From the NCBI GenBank assembly GCA_041916555.1, contig JAYRZH010000002.1, forward strand, positions 4,612-68,611: a stretch of DNA of 64,000 nucleotides. The letters run 5' to 3'. The notes under the pieces are model-generated. The model was given only the letters and a program-made list of their open reading frames with translations. It was not told the origin of the DNA and did not search any database. This DNA is from Chitinophagaceae bacterium. Its GTDB lineage: Bacteria; Bacteroidota; Bacteroidia; Chitinophagales; Chitinophagaceae. A program made the translations under genes and the position numbers. This document shows positions 1-10,742 of the stretch, piece after piece. Each line of letters begins with the position of its first letter. The stretch's first letter is position 1.

Positions 1-1
1 C

Positions 2-1081
2 ATTGTCTCTTCTTTCAAAAGCAGTATTGGTTCCATCAAAAAAGGAAACGGCGAAGCCGTGGAAGTATCCCGCACCGAGCGCGACCTTTCCATTAAGGTG
101 GTTGGAATCGGCAGCCTTGTCCTGATCCTGTTAATGACCGTCCTGCCAAATGTACCCGGAGATACCATCATTGGTAAATTACTCCTCGGCATCCTGGTAA
201 TTATCTTCGGCGCTTTCTTTGTTACAGTTTCCTCCCGCATCGTGGGACTGATTGGCTCTTCCAATAACCCCATCAGTGGCATGACCATTGCCACACTCAT
301 GGGTACCTGTCTGATCTTTATCGCGGTAAAATGGACCGGACATGTGTATGAACCCATGGCCCTGGTTGTAGGGGGAATGATCTGTATCGCCGCGGCTAAT
401 GCAGGGGCTACCTCGCAAGACCTCAAAACCGGTTATATCGTTGGAGCCACCCCCAGAAACCAGCAGATCGCGCTGTTTGTCGGCGCCATCGTTTCCTCCC
501 TGGCCATTGGCGCTACCATCAAAATACTGGATACCCCCACCGCTGAAATGGCGGCACAGGGTATCACCCATGCCATCGGAACCGATAAATACCCGGCTCC
601 CCAGGGTACCTTGATGGCTACCCTGATCAAAGGCATTTTATCATTCAACCTCGACTGGCAATTTGTGCTGGTTGGCGTGTTTATCGCCATCGTCATAGAA
701 CTCTGCGGGGTAAAGGCGCTTAGTTTTGCCATTGGTATCTACCTTCCGCTGTCCACCACGCTGCCCATCTTTATCGGTGGCGCCATCCGTGGCATCATTG
801 AATGGAAAGAAAAAAGGAAAAACATACAGGTTGCCCCGGAGGAAGAAGACCTGGGTAAAGGAAATCTCTTTGCCACCGGGCTGGTGGCCGGTGGGGCCCT
901 TGCCGGGGTGATCCTAGCCTTCCTGTCAGCCAACGATTCCGTTCATAAATCGCTCGAGAAGATCAATGCCGAGCATGACATTTCCAACTATCTTGGCGTG
1001 GAAGGTTATAAATGGTTGGGCGTCGCCTTCTTTGCCCTGATGGGTTTTATCCTGTACAGGGTGGCCGCCAAAAGGACTTAA
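2..1081 (+). CDS. OPT-family oligopeptide transporter, C-terminal part (5' end lies outside the window)
   Basis: The frame is open from base 2. The protein is polytopic and hydrophobic, with 'GSSNNPISGMTIATL' and 'TSQDLKTGYIVGATP', which are typical of bacterial OPT transporters. Confidence 0.8.
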   Translation: MVSSFKSSIGSIKKGNGEAVEVSRTERDLSIKVVGIGSLVLILLMTVLPNVPGDTIIGKLLLGILVIIFGAFFVTVSSRIVGLIGSSNNPISGMTIATLMGTCLIFIAVKWTGHVYEPMALVVGGMICIAAANAGATSQDLKTGYIVGATPRNQQIALFVGAIVSSLAIGATIKILDTPTAEMAAQGITHAIGTDKYPAPQGTLMATLIKGILSFNLDWQFVLVGVFIAIVIELCGVKALSFAIGIYLPLSTTLPIFIGGAIRGIIEWKEKRKNIQVAPEEEDLGKGNLFATGLVAGGALAGVILAFLSANDSVHKSLEKINAEHDISNYLGVEGYKWLGVAFFALMGFILYRVAAKRT

Positions 1082-2274
1082 ATGAATGATAAATGAGGAT
1101 GCTTTTGCTTGAGGATGGCGGCGTCATCCGCACCCAGCCACTTGTTCAATACAGTGGCATATACTGATTTGAAATCCACTTTGTATTTCAGGTCACCCTC
1201 ATCCAGGTCCTTCAAATCGGGCAGGGCATTGATCAACCCTTTCTGTTTCAGCCCCCCACCGATAAAGAACATGTTGTTTGCCGTGCCATGATCCGTACCC
1301 CCGCTGGCATTTTGCGATACACGTCTGCCAAATTCACTAAAGGTCATCAGCATCACATCTTCAAAGCGGCCATTTGCTTTCAGGTCCCTGGTAAAGGCGG
1401 CAATCGCATCATTCATTTCCGTAAACAACCGTTGCTGGGTGAATTGCTGGTTGACATGGGTATCAAAACTTCCCAACGACAGGTAATACACTTTGGTATT
1501 TATATCCGAATAGATCAGCGAGGCGATGGTCTTCAGGTCATTTCCCATTTGTGTTTGTGGGTACACGGCCTTAGTCGGGTTCATTTTGCTTTGCTGGAAA
1601 ATATAATCCGCCGAAGAAAGTGTAGAAGCCATGGTTTTATATAAATAATCCACCGGTTGCTCCCCCGGATCATCCTGGTGCTGCTTCAGGGTTTCGCGGA
1701 AGAACCGTTCATTCGCGGTTCCATACAAACGCCTGGGGTCTCGCATGGCAATGGCATTGTTCTGTTCCCCTTTTAGAGCCATACTAAGCATATCATCAAG
1801 CTCCAGGGCATAGGTTGGTTTATCACAACCACTACACTGGGCATCCAGGTACCGCCCAATCCAGCCGGTTGACCAATAATCGCGGCTATCACTCGCGCTA
1901 TGCCAGATATCCATGCTCCTGAAATGCGATCTGTCTGGATTAGGGTAGCCAACACTGTTGAGAATACCCAGTTCACCTTCATCATACAAACCCTTTAAGG
2001 CCGTAAGGGCCGGGTGCAGACCAGCTTCATCCGTCAGGGTTAGGGCCTTGGCCTTTTCAATCCCCAGCCGGGGCCGCTCTTTGTAATAAATATCATTATA
2101 GGTTGGGACCACCGTATTCAAACCGTCATTTCCCCCGCTTAATTGAAGGATCACCAACACACGGTTTCCCTTGGGTACGGCGGATTTTCCATCAAAGGCT
2201 TTCAGAAACCTTGGCACCAGCAGCGAAGCCGTAGCCAGGGAACCTATTTGTAAAAATTCTCTTCTTAGTACCAT
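1078..2274 (-). CDS. DUF1501-domain protein (sulfatase-like fold, Tat-type signal)
   Basis: The N-terminus 'RREFLQIGSLATASLL' looks like a twin-arginine signal. The motifs 'GGNDGLN', 'GSFDTH', 'SEFGRR' and 'GTDHG' match my memory of DUF1501. It lies directly downstream of the DUF1800 gene. Confidence 0.8.
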   Translation of the reverse strand: MVLRREFLQIGSLATASLLVPRFLKAFDGKSAVPKGNRVLVILQLSGGNDGLNTVVPTYNDIYYKERPRLGIEKAKALTLTDEAGLHPALTALKGLYDEGELGILNSVGYPNPDRSHFRSMDIWHSASDSRDYWSTGWIGRYLDAQCSGCDKPTYALELDDMLSMALKGEQNNAIAMRDPRRLYGTANERFFRETLKQHQDDPGEQPVDYLYKTMASTLSSADYIFQQSKMNPTKAVYPQTQMGNDLKTIASLIYSDINTKVYYLSLGSFDTHVNQQFTQQRLFTEMNDAIAAFTRDLKANGRFEDVMLMTFSEFGRRVSQNASGGTDHGTANNMFFIGGGLKQKGLINALPDLKDLDEGDLKYKVDFKSVYATVLNKWLGADDAAILKQKHPHLSFI

Positions 2275-2344
2275 TTTTCTTTTTTAGTTTTTTTCGGGTT
2301 AAGGTCCGGAGGTCATGGGTTTGAGATCAGACTTAGGACTCCAA

Positions 2345-3802
2345 CTAGGCCAACTGATATTCCGGCATACTCATCAGTTGAAGGGTGACCGAACGCAAAA
2401 AGTCCTCCCGGCTCTTGTTATTGCTAAACTGAACAATCAGTGATCCATCGATCTTGCTGTCTGCCATCAGCAGGTTACTCACGATCCCATCCACCAGTTT
2501 GTCTTTGGCCGTTTTACTATAATGGTCAAAATAGGGTTTCCAGTCAATATCCGCTTTGATCAGGGCTTTGCGCCCCATTCCCTTTACAGCCATTTTTCCT
2601 GCTTCCTCACGCCGGCCCATTTGCTGGTCATCATCATCCTTGGCCCGGATATTCAATTCGTCGGCATCCACTATAAGCTGGGGAATACGCATACGCAGCA
2701 GCAGGGTGGAGCTATCGATCCAGGCACGACCACCCGGCCATCCGGCCACATTGGGTGGATAGAACAGTATCTGGCCAAGGGCCTTTTGTAAAAAAAGCAG
2801 GCTTTCCTCATTCTCCAGTTTCATGGGCAGCATGCGCATGATACCGGCCATCAATTCCACTGGTGATTTGATATGGCTGCCAATATTCTTCTCCTCATAA
2901 AACCAATCGCTTGTGAATATGTCCGATGCCAATTTTCCAATATCATAGTTGTTTTGGTAAAACCGGTCAGCCAGCCAGTCAACCCTGTTTTCATTCACGT
3001 CTTCATTCACAAAAAAGCGGTAAATCTTGCGGGCTATAAAACGGGCCGTTTGCTTTTGTTCCAACAAGAGATCAAGCACTTCTTCACCGGTAAGGTTACC
3101 GGTTCTCCCCAATACGGTTTTGGATCCATAATCATGCTGAAAACGACGGAATACATATTCCCCTTGTACATTGGCCGACCAGCCGGTAAAGGCCCTGGCC
3201 GCTTCCTTAATATCGTGCTCAGTATAGTTTCCACGCCCCAGGGTGAATAGCTCCATCACTTCACGGGCAAAATTCTCGTTGGGATGATCCTTCCTGTTCT
3301 GCTGATTGTTTAAAAAATTCAGCATGGCCGCCGACTTGGAAACCTGGTGCAGCATATCGCGAAAATTACCCAGGGCATTTCGGCGCAGAATGTCCAACAA
3401 ACCTTGCTGGTAAAAAACATTCAGGTTGCGACAGGCAAAATGCCCATGCCAAAACAAGGCGAATTTTTCACGCAACTGGGCCTCTGAATCAACCATCTCT
3501 TTTAACCAGTTGAGGTTAAGACTCCTGATCTTTTCCCGCGACCGCTGCTGAAATTTCTTCTTCTCCTCCTCACTCATCTCCTTTCTTTGCTGGCGACCGA
3601 CCTCCTCCAGGCCCGCCTTTAACCCATTAAGATAATCATCCGCCACATCAATGTACGAGGGGGCTGATTTGGAAGATTGCTGTAAGGCTTTGAATAATTG
3701 GTGGGTAGAAATTGAATCCAGATCTGCTAATTGTTCCACGGCGGGGCCAAAACCTGCCCTCCACATGAGGTGGTGGTTCCGTGTTTTTAGGGAGACTGCC
3801 AT
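2345..3802 (-). CDS. DUF1800-domain protein
   Basis: Motifs 'HLMWRAGFGP', 'LFWHGHFA', 'PNENFAREVMELFTLG' and 'FTGW' are characteristic of DUF1800. It forms the canonical pair with DUF1501. Confidence 0.8.
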   Translation of the reverse strand: MAVSLKTRNHHLMWRAGFGPAVEQLADLDSISTHQLFKALQQSSKSAPSYIDVADDYLNGLKAGLEEVGRQQRKEMSEEEKKKFQQRSREKIRSLNLNWLKEMVDSEAQLREKFALFWHGHFACRNLNVFYQQGLLDILRRNALGNFRDMLHQVSKSAAMLNFLNNQQNRKDHPNENFAREVMELFTLGRGNYTEHDIKEAARAFTGWSANVQGEYVFRRFQHDYGSKTVLGRTGNLTGEEVLDLLLEQKQTARFIARKIYRFFVNEDVNENRVDWLADRFYQNNYDIGKLASDIFTSDWFYEEKNIGSHIKSPVELMAGIMRMLPMKLENEESLLFLQKALGQILFYPPNVAGWPGGRAWIDSSTLLLRMRIPQLIVDADELNIRAKDDDDQQMGRREEAGKMAVKGMGRKALIKADIDWKPYFDHYSKTAKDKLVDGIVSNLLMADSKIDGSLIVQFSNNKSREDFLRSVTLQLMSMPEYQLA

Positions 3803-3876
3803 AGCAGGTAGGACTGATTTGAATGCTAAAGGTTTAAATCGGCCTGAATCGGAAATCAGGGGATTTTGGGGGCAGC

Positions 3877-4965
3877 TTACTGACCATTCCCCTCATTTAG
3901 CCTTTTAAATAACTCTTCCAGGGTTTCATTTTTCTCCACGCCGTTTTTATTGAAGGAGGGGTCGGCCTTAATGTAATTGATCCGGTTCTGAAGATCAGGG
4001 TGACTGCTGATCCATTCAGCGGGAATCTCTTCTCCCGATTTTTTAACTTCTTGTTCCAACAGTTCAAACAGTTTCACAAACCCCTGTCCATCGATCTTGC
4101 GGTCTGACAATAATTTTAACCCTTGCAGATCGGCCTCTTTCTCCAGTTTTCTGGAATAGCCAAGTGTTTTCACCTGGTCGGCCTCCAAAACAACCTGGTT
4201 CATTACCCCACCCATGTCGCCCATCAATAAGGAAAGGAAAAGGGTTGAGCCCAACGACCTGAAAAGAGATCGGGTTGTGTGTCTGTTCTGAATATGGGTA
4301 AACTCATGCGCCAATAAGGCCGCGAGTTCTTCATAACTCTCCATCCCGTTTAGCAAATGGTCATACACCACGATATTACCTCCAGGCACGGCAAACGCGT
4401 TGGCCACTTCTTCCTTGACTACCGTGATATGGACATGGTAGGGGGTTTCAATGTGCATTTCAGAAAAGAAATCATTGAGCAATAAAGTGCGTTTATCATC
4501 AATCGTATAGCCCGATGAAAGCGCACTCATCATCCCCTCTCCCATTTTTTCTTCGTATGAAATGGGCACACGCCGCGCCAGTCGTTCCGCCAAAAATGGA
4601 ATTCCCCAGATGTAAAAACTAACCAGTATGACAAGGATGGATAACAGAACCTTTAAGAATGTGGAGGCCCCGCTGCCAAAGGTCTTTCTTAACCAGGAAC
4701 GGTCATTCTTGCCAAGCCTTTTACCCAACTCCTCCTTAAAACCCGGGTGGTTGACCTCAACCGACTGCAATGGAATACCCAGGTATTTAACCCGTATCAT
4801 CCCGGCTGCATCCAGGCCCTGGCGAAGTATTTTATCATAATACCAAAACACTTCACGGCCAGACCCATCCTCAAACCGTAAGGTCAGCTTTTGACCAGAG
4901 AAAGAGATCCTGACCGCCTGAGGCTGCCCCTCACCGAGATAATATATACCGGGAAATGACTCCAT
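3877..4965 (-). CDS. M48-family Zn metallopeptidase, membrane-anchored
   Basis: HExxH motif in 'LAHEFTHIQNRH', and a hydrophobic segment 'FLKVLLSILVILVSFYIWGIPFL'. Confidence 0.75.
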   Translation of the reverse strand: MESFPGIYYLGEGQPQAVRISFSGQKLTLRFEDGSGREVFWYYDKILRQGLDAAGMIRVKYLGIPLQSVEVNHPGFKEELGKRLGKNDRSWLRKTFGSGASTFLKVLLSILVILVSFYIWGIPFLAERLARRVPISYEEKMGEGMMSALSSGYTIDDKRTLLLNDFFSEMHIETPYHVHITVVKEEVANAFAVPGGNIVVYDHLLNGMESYEELAALLAHEFTHIQNRHTTRSLFRSLGSTLFLSLLMGDMGGVMNQVVLEADQVKTLGYSRKLEKEADLQGLKLLSDRKIDGQGFVKLFELLEQEVKKSGEEIPAEWISSHPDLQNRINYIKADPSFNKNGVEKNETLEELFKRLNEGNGQ

Positions 4966-5121
4966 GACAATGAATCTATTAAGAAGAATTACTTAGCAAA
5001 GCTACCTTTTTTCACGGTTTGCAACATTGTATTAAAAATAGCTACCTAACAGATGTTATATAAAGAAAACAATAATATAAATTGACAAATCGATTTTTTT
5101 AACCAAACCACACGCGTATTT

Positions 5122-6096
5122 ATGAAAAAAACCCTTGCTTTCCTCTTAGGAGGAGTTTTATTGGTAGCTGCCTGTAAGAAATCCTCCGGTCCTGCGGAAG
5201 ATGTTATTGCAGAGGATGCAGCTCCTTCTCAAAGAATCTGTTTCTCTAATGAAGTGCTGGAACAACAACTGTCTGCAGACCCCACCCTGCGTGACCGCAT
5301 GGCCGCTATTGAGCGCTTTACCCAGCAATTTATGGAAAGCCCTGAGTCACAGCGTTTGCTGCCCAGTGGTATCATTGAGATCCCTGTTGTGTTCAATGTT
5401 CTCTACCGTACAGCAGCTCAAAATGTATCGCTTGCCCAGTTGCAATCCCAGATCGATGTATTGAATGAAGATTACGCCGCCACCAATGCTGATTACAACC
5501 TGACCAACACTTACCAGAGTGTAAAGTCGGGTGATATAGGTATCCGTTTTGTTCTTGACCAGGTAGTTCGGAAGCAAACCAATAAGACTAGCTGGAGCAC
5601 CAATGATGCCATGAAGAAATCCAACCAGGGTGGTATCAATCCCACCAGCCCCACCACCAAACTCAATATCTGGGTTTGTAACATGGGAGGAGGAATTCTG
5701 GGTTACGCGCAGTTCCCCGGGGGAAATGCCGCCACGGACGGGGTTGTTTTGGATGACAATGCCACTGGCCGCACCGGTACAGCTTCTGCACCTTTCAATA
5801 AAGGCCGTACAGCCACACACGAAGTGGGTCACTGGTTAAACCTTCGTCATATCTGGGGTGATGCCACTTGTGGCAACGACCAGGTAGGAGATACTCCGTT
5901 GCACAACACCGCCAACTACGGTTGCCCTGCCGCAGGTCATAAGAGCACCTGCACCGGTACTCCTGTTGAAATGACCATGAACTACATGGACTATTCCGAT
6001 GATGCCTGTATGTACATGTTTAGCGTGGGACAAAAATCCCGGATGCAAGCCACCTTTGCAAGTGGTGGGCCGAGGAATAGTTTTGCGCAGCCATAA
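5122..6096 (+). CDS. M43 (pappalysin/cytophagalysin-like) Zn metalloprotease lipoprotein
   Basis: Lipoprotein signal 'LLVAAC' and the extended zinc motif 'HEVGHWLNLRHIWGD'. Confidence 0.75.
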   Translation: MKKTLAFLLGGVLLVAACKKSSGPAEDVIAEDAAPSQRICFSNEVLEQQLSADPTLRDRMAAIERFTQQFMESPESQRLLPSGIIEIPVVFNVLYRTAAQNVSLAQLQSQIDVLNEDYAATNADYNLTNTYQSVKSGDIGIRFVLDQVVRKQTNKTSWSTNDAMKKSNQGGINPTSPTTKLNIWVCNMGGGILGYAQFPGGNAATDGVVLDDNATGRTGTASAPFNKGRTATHEVGHWLNLRHIWGDATCGNDQVGDTPLHNTANYGCPAAGHKSTCTGTPVEMTMNYMDYSDDACMYMFSVGQKSRMQATFASGGPRNSFAQP

Positions 6097-6122
6097 GGTT
6101 GAGATAAGAGTTCTTAAATAAA

Positions 6123-6167
6123 AATAAGGAAGTAAGAAGGCGTTGCCTCTTACTTCCTTATTTTTTT
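6123..6167. terminator. Bidirectional intrinsic terminator hairpin between convergent genes
   Basis: AATAAGGAAGTAAGA (6123-6137) pairs with TCTTACTTCCTTATT (6148-6162), plus two inner G-C pairs. There is a T-run downstream on the + strand and a U-rich tail on the - strand. Confidence 0.7.
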
Positions 6168-6186
6168 ATTACTTTTCCTTTACTTC

Positions 6187-6990
6187 TTACCTACCGTCTC
6201 CATCCAACAAATTCCCCAATCCACCCAGCAAGCTGCCTTCTTCCTTCCTATTGTAGGTACCATAGGCGAGGATCCGGCTGGCCAAGCGGCTGATCGGAAG
6301 AGATTGGATCCAAACACGGCCAGGACCACGGAGGGTGGCATAGAACACCCCTTCGCCACCAAACAAGGTATTTTTTATGCCGCCCACAAACTGGATATCA
6401 TAATCACAGGAAGGGGTAAACGCCACGATACATCCTGTATCGATCTTGAGTAATTCACCCGGTTGAAGCTCGCGTTCCACCACATGACCACCTGAATGCA
6501 CAAAAGCCATTCCATCGCCCTCCAGTTTTTGCATGATGAACCCTTCCCCACCAAATAAACCGGTGCCGAGTTTTCGCTGAAACTCGATACCCACCGATAC
6601 TCCTTTGGCTGCGCAAAGGAAAGAGTCTTTCTGACAGATCATTTTACCTCCCAGTCTCATCAGATCCATGGCAATGATTTTTCCGGGATAGGGGGAGGCA
6701 AAACTCACCCGCTTCTTGCCGGAACCCGTATTGGTGTAGGTGGTCATAAATAGACTTTCTCCGGTCAGTACCCTTTTACCTGCTGAAAGAAGTTTGCCAA
6801 AAAACCCTTTTTCCTGACCGGTTCCATCGCCAAAAATGGTCTCCATCTGTATTCCATCATCCATCATCATAAAAGAACCGGATTCGGCAATGGCGGTTTC
6901 CCGGGGATCGAGTTCGATCTCCACGCATTGCATCTCCTCTCCCAGTATGCGGTAGTCAATTTCATGGTTGGTTCGACTGTATTCGCTCAT
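6187..6990 (-). CDS. AIM24/TIGR00266-family protein (function unknown)
   Basis: The N-terminus '[35 protein letters not shown]' and the glycine-rich C-terminal tail resemble the AIM24/DUF124 family. This is recognised from memory. Confidence 0.6.
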   Translation of the reverse strand: MSEYSRTNHEIDYRILGEEMQCVEIELDPRETAIAESGSFMMMDDGIQMETIFGDGTGQEKGFFGKLLSAGKRVLTGESLFMTTYTNTGSGKKRVSFASPYPGKIIAMDLMRLGGKMICQKDSFLCAAKGVSVGIEFQRKLGTGLFGGEGFIMQKLEGDGMAFVHSGGHVVERELQPGELLKIDTGCIVAFTPSCDYDIQFVGGIKNTLFGGEGVFYATLRGPGRVWIQSLPISRLASRILAYGTYNRKEEGSLLGGLGNLLDGDGR

Positions 6991-7134
6991 AACTGTGTAA
7001 TTTTTAGCGAAAATACCAAAGATCAGGTCTACACAAGGGTATTATTGTGATAAATGGCATGGTTTAACCCTCGCTTTCCTTTAAATTGCCGCCCCGGGCA
7101 GCCCTGCCCATTCTTATAACCAAAAGTTCTTCAG

Positions 7135-9990
7135 ATGAAAAAAAGTGTTTTCTTATCTACCGGTATTGCGCTGGTACTGAGCAGCTCCCTGCTGGCCCAG
7201 ACCAAGCTGGTGGAAAAAGTGACCCGCAAGGGAGACGAGATCGTCATCCCGTATGAGAAATACAAGTTAAAGAACGGCCTCACCCTGATCATCCATGAGG
7301 ATCATTCAGATCCGCTGGTGCGGGTGGACGTAACCTACCATGTTGGCTCCGCCAGGGAGGAAATCGGGAAATCCGGTTTTGCCCACTTCTTTGAACACAT
7401 GATGTTCCAGGGAAGCGACAACGTAGGTGATGAACAACACTTCAAGATCGTGACCGAGTCGGGTGGTACCCTGAACGGAACCACCAACCGCGACCGGACC
7501 AACTATTTTGAAACCGTTCCCAGCAACCAGTTGGAAAAAATGCTCTGGCTCGAGGCCGACCGCATGGGCTTTTTGCTTGATGCGGTGACCCAGCAAAAAT
7601 TTGAGATCCAACGGTCAACCGTAAAAAATGAAAGAGGGCAGAACTATGACAACCGCCCTTACGGACTGGCTTTTGAAAAACTCTCCCAGGCCATGTATCC
7701 CTATGGCCACCCCTATAGCTGGCTGACCATCGGATATGTGGAAGATCTTGACCGCGTTGATGTCAATGACCTGAAGAATTTCTTCCTGCGCTGGTACGGT
7801 CCCAACAACGCCACCATCACCATCGGCGGTGATGTTAACCCCAAAGAAGTGGTGAAATTGGTTGAGAAGTATTTTGGCTCCATTCCTTCCGGTCCCAAAG
7901 TGGATGATATGAACAAAATGGTGCCTGAACTGAACCAGCACCGCTTTGTTTCCTACGTTGATAATTATGCCCGCGTGCCGGTGATGCTGAAAGCCTACCC
8001 CACCGTTCCGGACCAGGATGTTGATATGGCCGCCCTGGACTGCCTGGCCGAGATACTCGGACAGGGGAATAATTCCGTGCTTTACCAGCAACTGGTAAAA
8101 AACCAGCAAGCCCTTGCCGCCAGCGCCAACCATTCCAATAGCGAACTTTCCGGTGAATTCATGTTCCAGGTGGTGCCCTATCCCGGCAAAACCCTGGCCA
8201 GCATGTACGCCCTGCTCAATAAAGCCCTCGACAGCTTTGAAGCCCGTGGCGTTACCGATGAAGATATTGCCAAGTTCAAGGGACAACGCGAGGCCCAATA
8301 CATGAACAGTCTGCAAAGTGTTTCCGGTAAAGTAGCCCAATTGGCCGCTTATGAAACCTTCCATAACAACCCCAACCTGATCGGAAAGGAATTGAATATG
8401 TACCGTTCGGTTACCAAAGAGGATGTTATGCGGGTTTATAACCAATACATCAAAAACAAACACTGTGTGGTACTGAGTGTTCTGACCAAAGGCCAGGAAG
8501 CCCAGATCACCGGTAATGACAACTACAAACCCAGCCCCGACAATTACAAGGCCCCGGATTATGGTTATGATGGGCTGAAGTATGTAAAAGCCAAGGATAA
8601 ATTTGACAGGACCAAACAACCCGCCAGCGGCCCCAACCCCGTAGTGAAAGTGCCTGCCTTCTGGAAGAAAGATATCAATGGCGGTGTCAGGGTCATTGGC
8701 GCCGAAAACACCGAATTGCCAACGGTCAATATCTCCGTTAAAATTCCCGGTGGGCACCTCATGCAGGCCGATAACCTCGGCAAGGCAGGACTAGCTTCCT
8801 TCTTTGCCAGCATGATGGATGAAGACACAAAAGTGCGCAGCGCCGAAGATTTCAGCAAAGAACTGGAAAAACTGGGCAGCACCATTAGCGTATTCAGCGG
8901 TACCGATGGTATCACCTTCCAGCTTTTCGCCCTGAAGAAGAACCTTGATGCCACCATCGCCTTGCTGGAAGAAAGAATCCTACAGCCAAAATTCACCAAT
9001 GATGCCTTTAGCCGCCTGAAACGCCAGACACTGGAAAGTTTCAAACAGATCAAATCCCAGCCGGCCGCCATTGCTTCCGCGGTATTTGACAAGATCAACT
9101 ATGGCTCCGGAAATATCCTCGGAATCAGCGAAAACGGTACCGAAGAAACCGTGAAAACATTTACCCTGGAGGATGTACAAGGTTACTATGATAACTACAT
9201 GACCTCACAGGGAGTGGATGTAGTGGTTGTAGGCGATGTAAAAGAAAGCGAAGTACTCCCCAAACTTGGGTTCCTGAGCAAACTGCCGAATAAAAAAATC
9301 AATTTCCCCGAGATCAAGGCTGCCCCAGAGGTTGATAAGACCAAAGTGTATTTCGTGGATGTAAAAAATGCGGCTCAATCTGAATTCCGTGTAGGCTACC
9401 TCACCAACCTGAAGTATGACGCTACCGGCGACTATTATCGTTCTACCCTGATGAACTATCCCCTTGGTGGGGCCTTCAACAGCCGGTTGAACCTGAACCT
9501 GCGGGAAGACAAGGGCTGGACCTATGGCGCCCGTTCCGGTTTTAGCGGTGATAAGTACAGTGGTGAATTCTCCTTTAGCGCCGGTATCAAAGCTGCCGCT
9601 TCCGACAGCGCGCTGACCGAAGTGATCAAGGAGTTGAAATCCTTCCAGGAAAACGGTCTTACTGATGAAGAACTTACATTCATGAAGAGCGCACTGGGTC
9701 AGATTGACGCCCTCCGTTATGAAACCGGTTTCCAGAAAGCCGGGTTTATCGGGCGCATCCTGGAGTATGACCTCCCCGCCGATTACGTGGACAAGCAAAA
9801 CCAGATCCTCAAAAACATGACCAAAGAGGAGTTAAGTGCCTTTGCCAAAAAATGGATCGACCTTAGCAAGATGAATATCCTGCTGGTAGGCGATAAATCG
9901 AAGGTGCTGCCAACCCTCAAGAAGTTTGGTTATGACATCATCGAACTGGATGTGGATGGCAACCCCGTAAAAACACAGAAAGGATTCTGA
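7135..9990 (+). CDS. M16 (insulinase/pitrilysin) family peptidase, double-unit, secreted
   Basis: Signal peptide, inverted zinc motif HxxEH in 'HFFEHMMFQG', and a 951-aa length consistent with two fused M16 units. Confidence 0.85.
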   Translation: MKKSVFLSTGIALVLSSSLLAQTKLVEKVTRKGDEIVIPYEKYKLKNGLTLIIHEDHSDPLVRVDVTYHVGSAREEIGKSGFAHFFEHMMFQGSDNVGDEQHFKIVTESGGTLNGTTNRDRTNYFETVPSNQLEKMLWLEADRMGFLLDAVTQQKFEIQRSTVKNERGQNYDNRPYGLAFEKLSQAMYPYGHPYSWLTIGYVEDLDRVDVNDLKNFFLRWYGPNNATITIGGDVNPKEVVKLVEKYFGSIPSGPKVDDMNKMVPELNQHRFVSYVDNYARVPVMLKAYPTVPDQDVDMAALDCLAEILGQGNNSVLYQQLVKNQQALAASANHSNSELSGEFMFQVVPYPGKTLASMYALLNKALDSFEARGVTDEDIAKFKGQREAQYMNSLQSVSGKVAQLAAYETFHNNPNLIGKELNMYRSVTKEDVMRVYNQYIKNKHCVVLSVLTKGQEAQITGNDNYKPSPDNYKAPDYGYDGLKYVKAKDKFDRTKQPASGPNPVVKVPAFWKKDINGGVRVIGAENTELPTVNISVKIPGGHLMQADNLGKAGLASFFASMMDEDTKVRSAEDFSKELEKLGSTISVFSGTDGITFQLFALKKNLDATIALLEERILQPKFTNDAFSRLKRQTLESFKQIKSQPAAIASAVFDKINYGSGNILGISENGTEETVKTFTLEDVQGYYDNYMTSQGVDVVVVGDVKESEVLPKLGFLSKLPNKKINFPEIKAAPEVDKTKVYFVDVKNAAQSEFRVGYLTNLKYDATGDYYRSTLMNYPLGGAFNSRLNLNLREDKGWTYGARSGFSGDKYSGEFSFSAGIKAAASDSALTEVIKELKSFQENGLTDEELTFMKSALGQIDALRYETGFQKAGFIGRILEYDLPADYVDKQNQILKNMTKEELSAFAKKWIDLSKMNILLVGDKSKVLPTLKKFGYDIIELDVDGNPVKTQKGF

Positions 9991-10012
9991 TCCATATAGA
10001 TCCCACTGAAAA

Positions 10013-10038
10013 GGGGCGCCGATGGCGCCCCTTTTTTT
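10013..10038. terminator. Intrinsic terminator
   Basis: GGGGCGCC (10013-10020), a GAT loop, GGCGCCCC (10024-10031), then TTTTTTT. An A-run sits upstream, so it can work in both directions between the convergent genes. Confidence 0.85.
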
Positions 10039-10055
10039 ATGCTATCCTATTTTTC

Positions 10056-10613
10056 TCAATTTGACTTTAACAAACCCACGATCTTTCTTCGGTTGAACTC
10101 CCGCGGAAGTTCCAGCAACAAGCCCTTTTCATCAAAACCCATGATGAGATAGCTATAGGTCATTTCCATAGGTCCACTGGCTCCCGGAAAAGCAAAACTG
10201 CTATTGGAGTCGGCATAACTTACCCGAAGACGCATACCCGGGGTAGCCCCTTCCTCGGAAAGGGTATCCACCCACCATTTGCCCGAAACCAGCTTTCCTT
10301 CATTGTTAAAAGAAACCGTGGAGTCGTTTCCAAAACGAAAACTGGTTTTCATCAGATCCGCCTGAAAATCCCGGAAAAACCGGGTGGTATCCTCCCCTTC
10401 TTTAAACCATTCAACCGGACTGGTCTTCTCCATTTCAAAAGGCGATAAAGTGCCGCATTTACCCATGGTAAAAGAATGACCCTTTAGCTGGTCCGTTACC
10501 GAAGCCAGCGAGCCAGGAGCCGCGGGGAGCGATTCTTTTTGAATACTTACTTTAGCATTGTTACAGGCCATTAGAGTGATTAGGGAAAAAAAGAACAGGA
10601 GAATGCCTTTCAT
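10056..10613 (-). CDS. Hypothetical lipoprotein
   Basis: Signal plus lipobox 'SLITLMAC'. I recognise no family. Confidence 0.5.
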   Translation of the reverse strand: MKGILLFFFSLITLMACNNAKVSIQKESLPAAPGSLASVTDQLKGHSFTMGKCGTLSPFEMEKTSPVEWFKEGEDTTRFFRDFQADLMKTSFRFGNDSTVSFNNEGKLVSGKWWVDTLSEEGATPGMRLRVSYADSNSSFAFPGASGPMEMTYSYLIMGFDEKGLLLELPREFNRRKIVGLLKSN

Positions 10614-10742
10614 TTTTGTAGTGTTTAAGCACTAAATATCCAAAAGGAGAGAAAGGTCCACAATACCTTTCGCAGGGTATTTTGAGATAGAAAATTTTTT
10701 CCGGAAAATTTTTGCGGAGATGGGAAGAAGCAGAAAATCAAT

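Noticed and set aside
7615-8757. A 380-aa ORF antisense to the M16 peptidase gene. Similar long antisense ORFs occur at 14788-15513, 25885-26373, 35474-36031, 36945-37532, 41494-42171 and 42467-43051.
   Set aside because: Each lies fully inside a confidently assigned gene on the other strand. Their translations are low-complexity (rich in G, V, H and F), show no motifs, and have no independent start context. They are typical shadow ORFs.
3877-9990. Three Zn-metalloprotease genes (M48, M43, M16) clustered near an OPT peptide transporter, considered as a possible dedicated proteolytic system.
   Set aside because: The genes lie on different strands, are separated by terminators and an unrelated AIM24-like gene, and show no translational coupling. 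The pattern fits ordinary scattered housekeeping or secreted peptidases of a proteolytic Bacteroidota genome.
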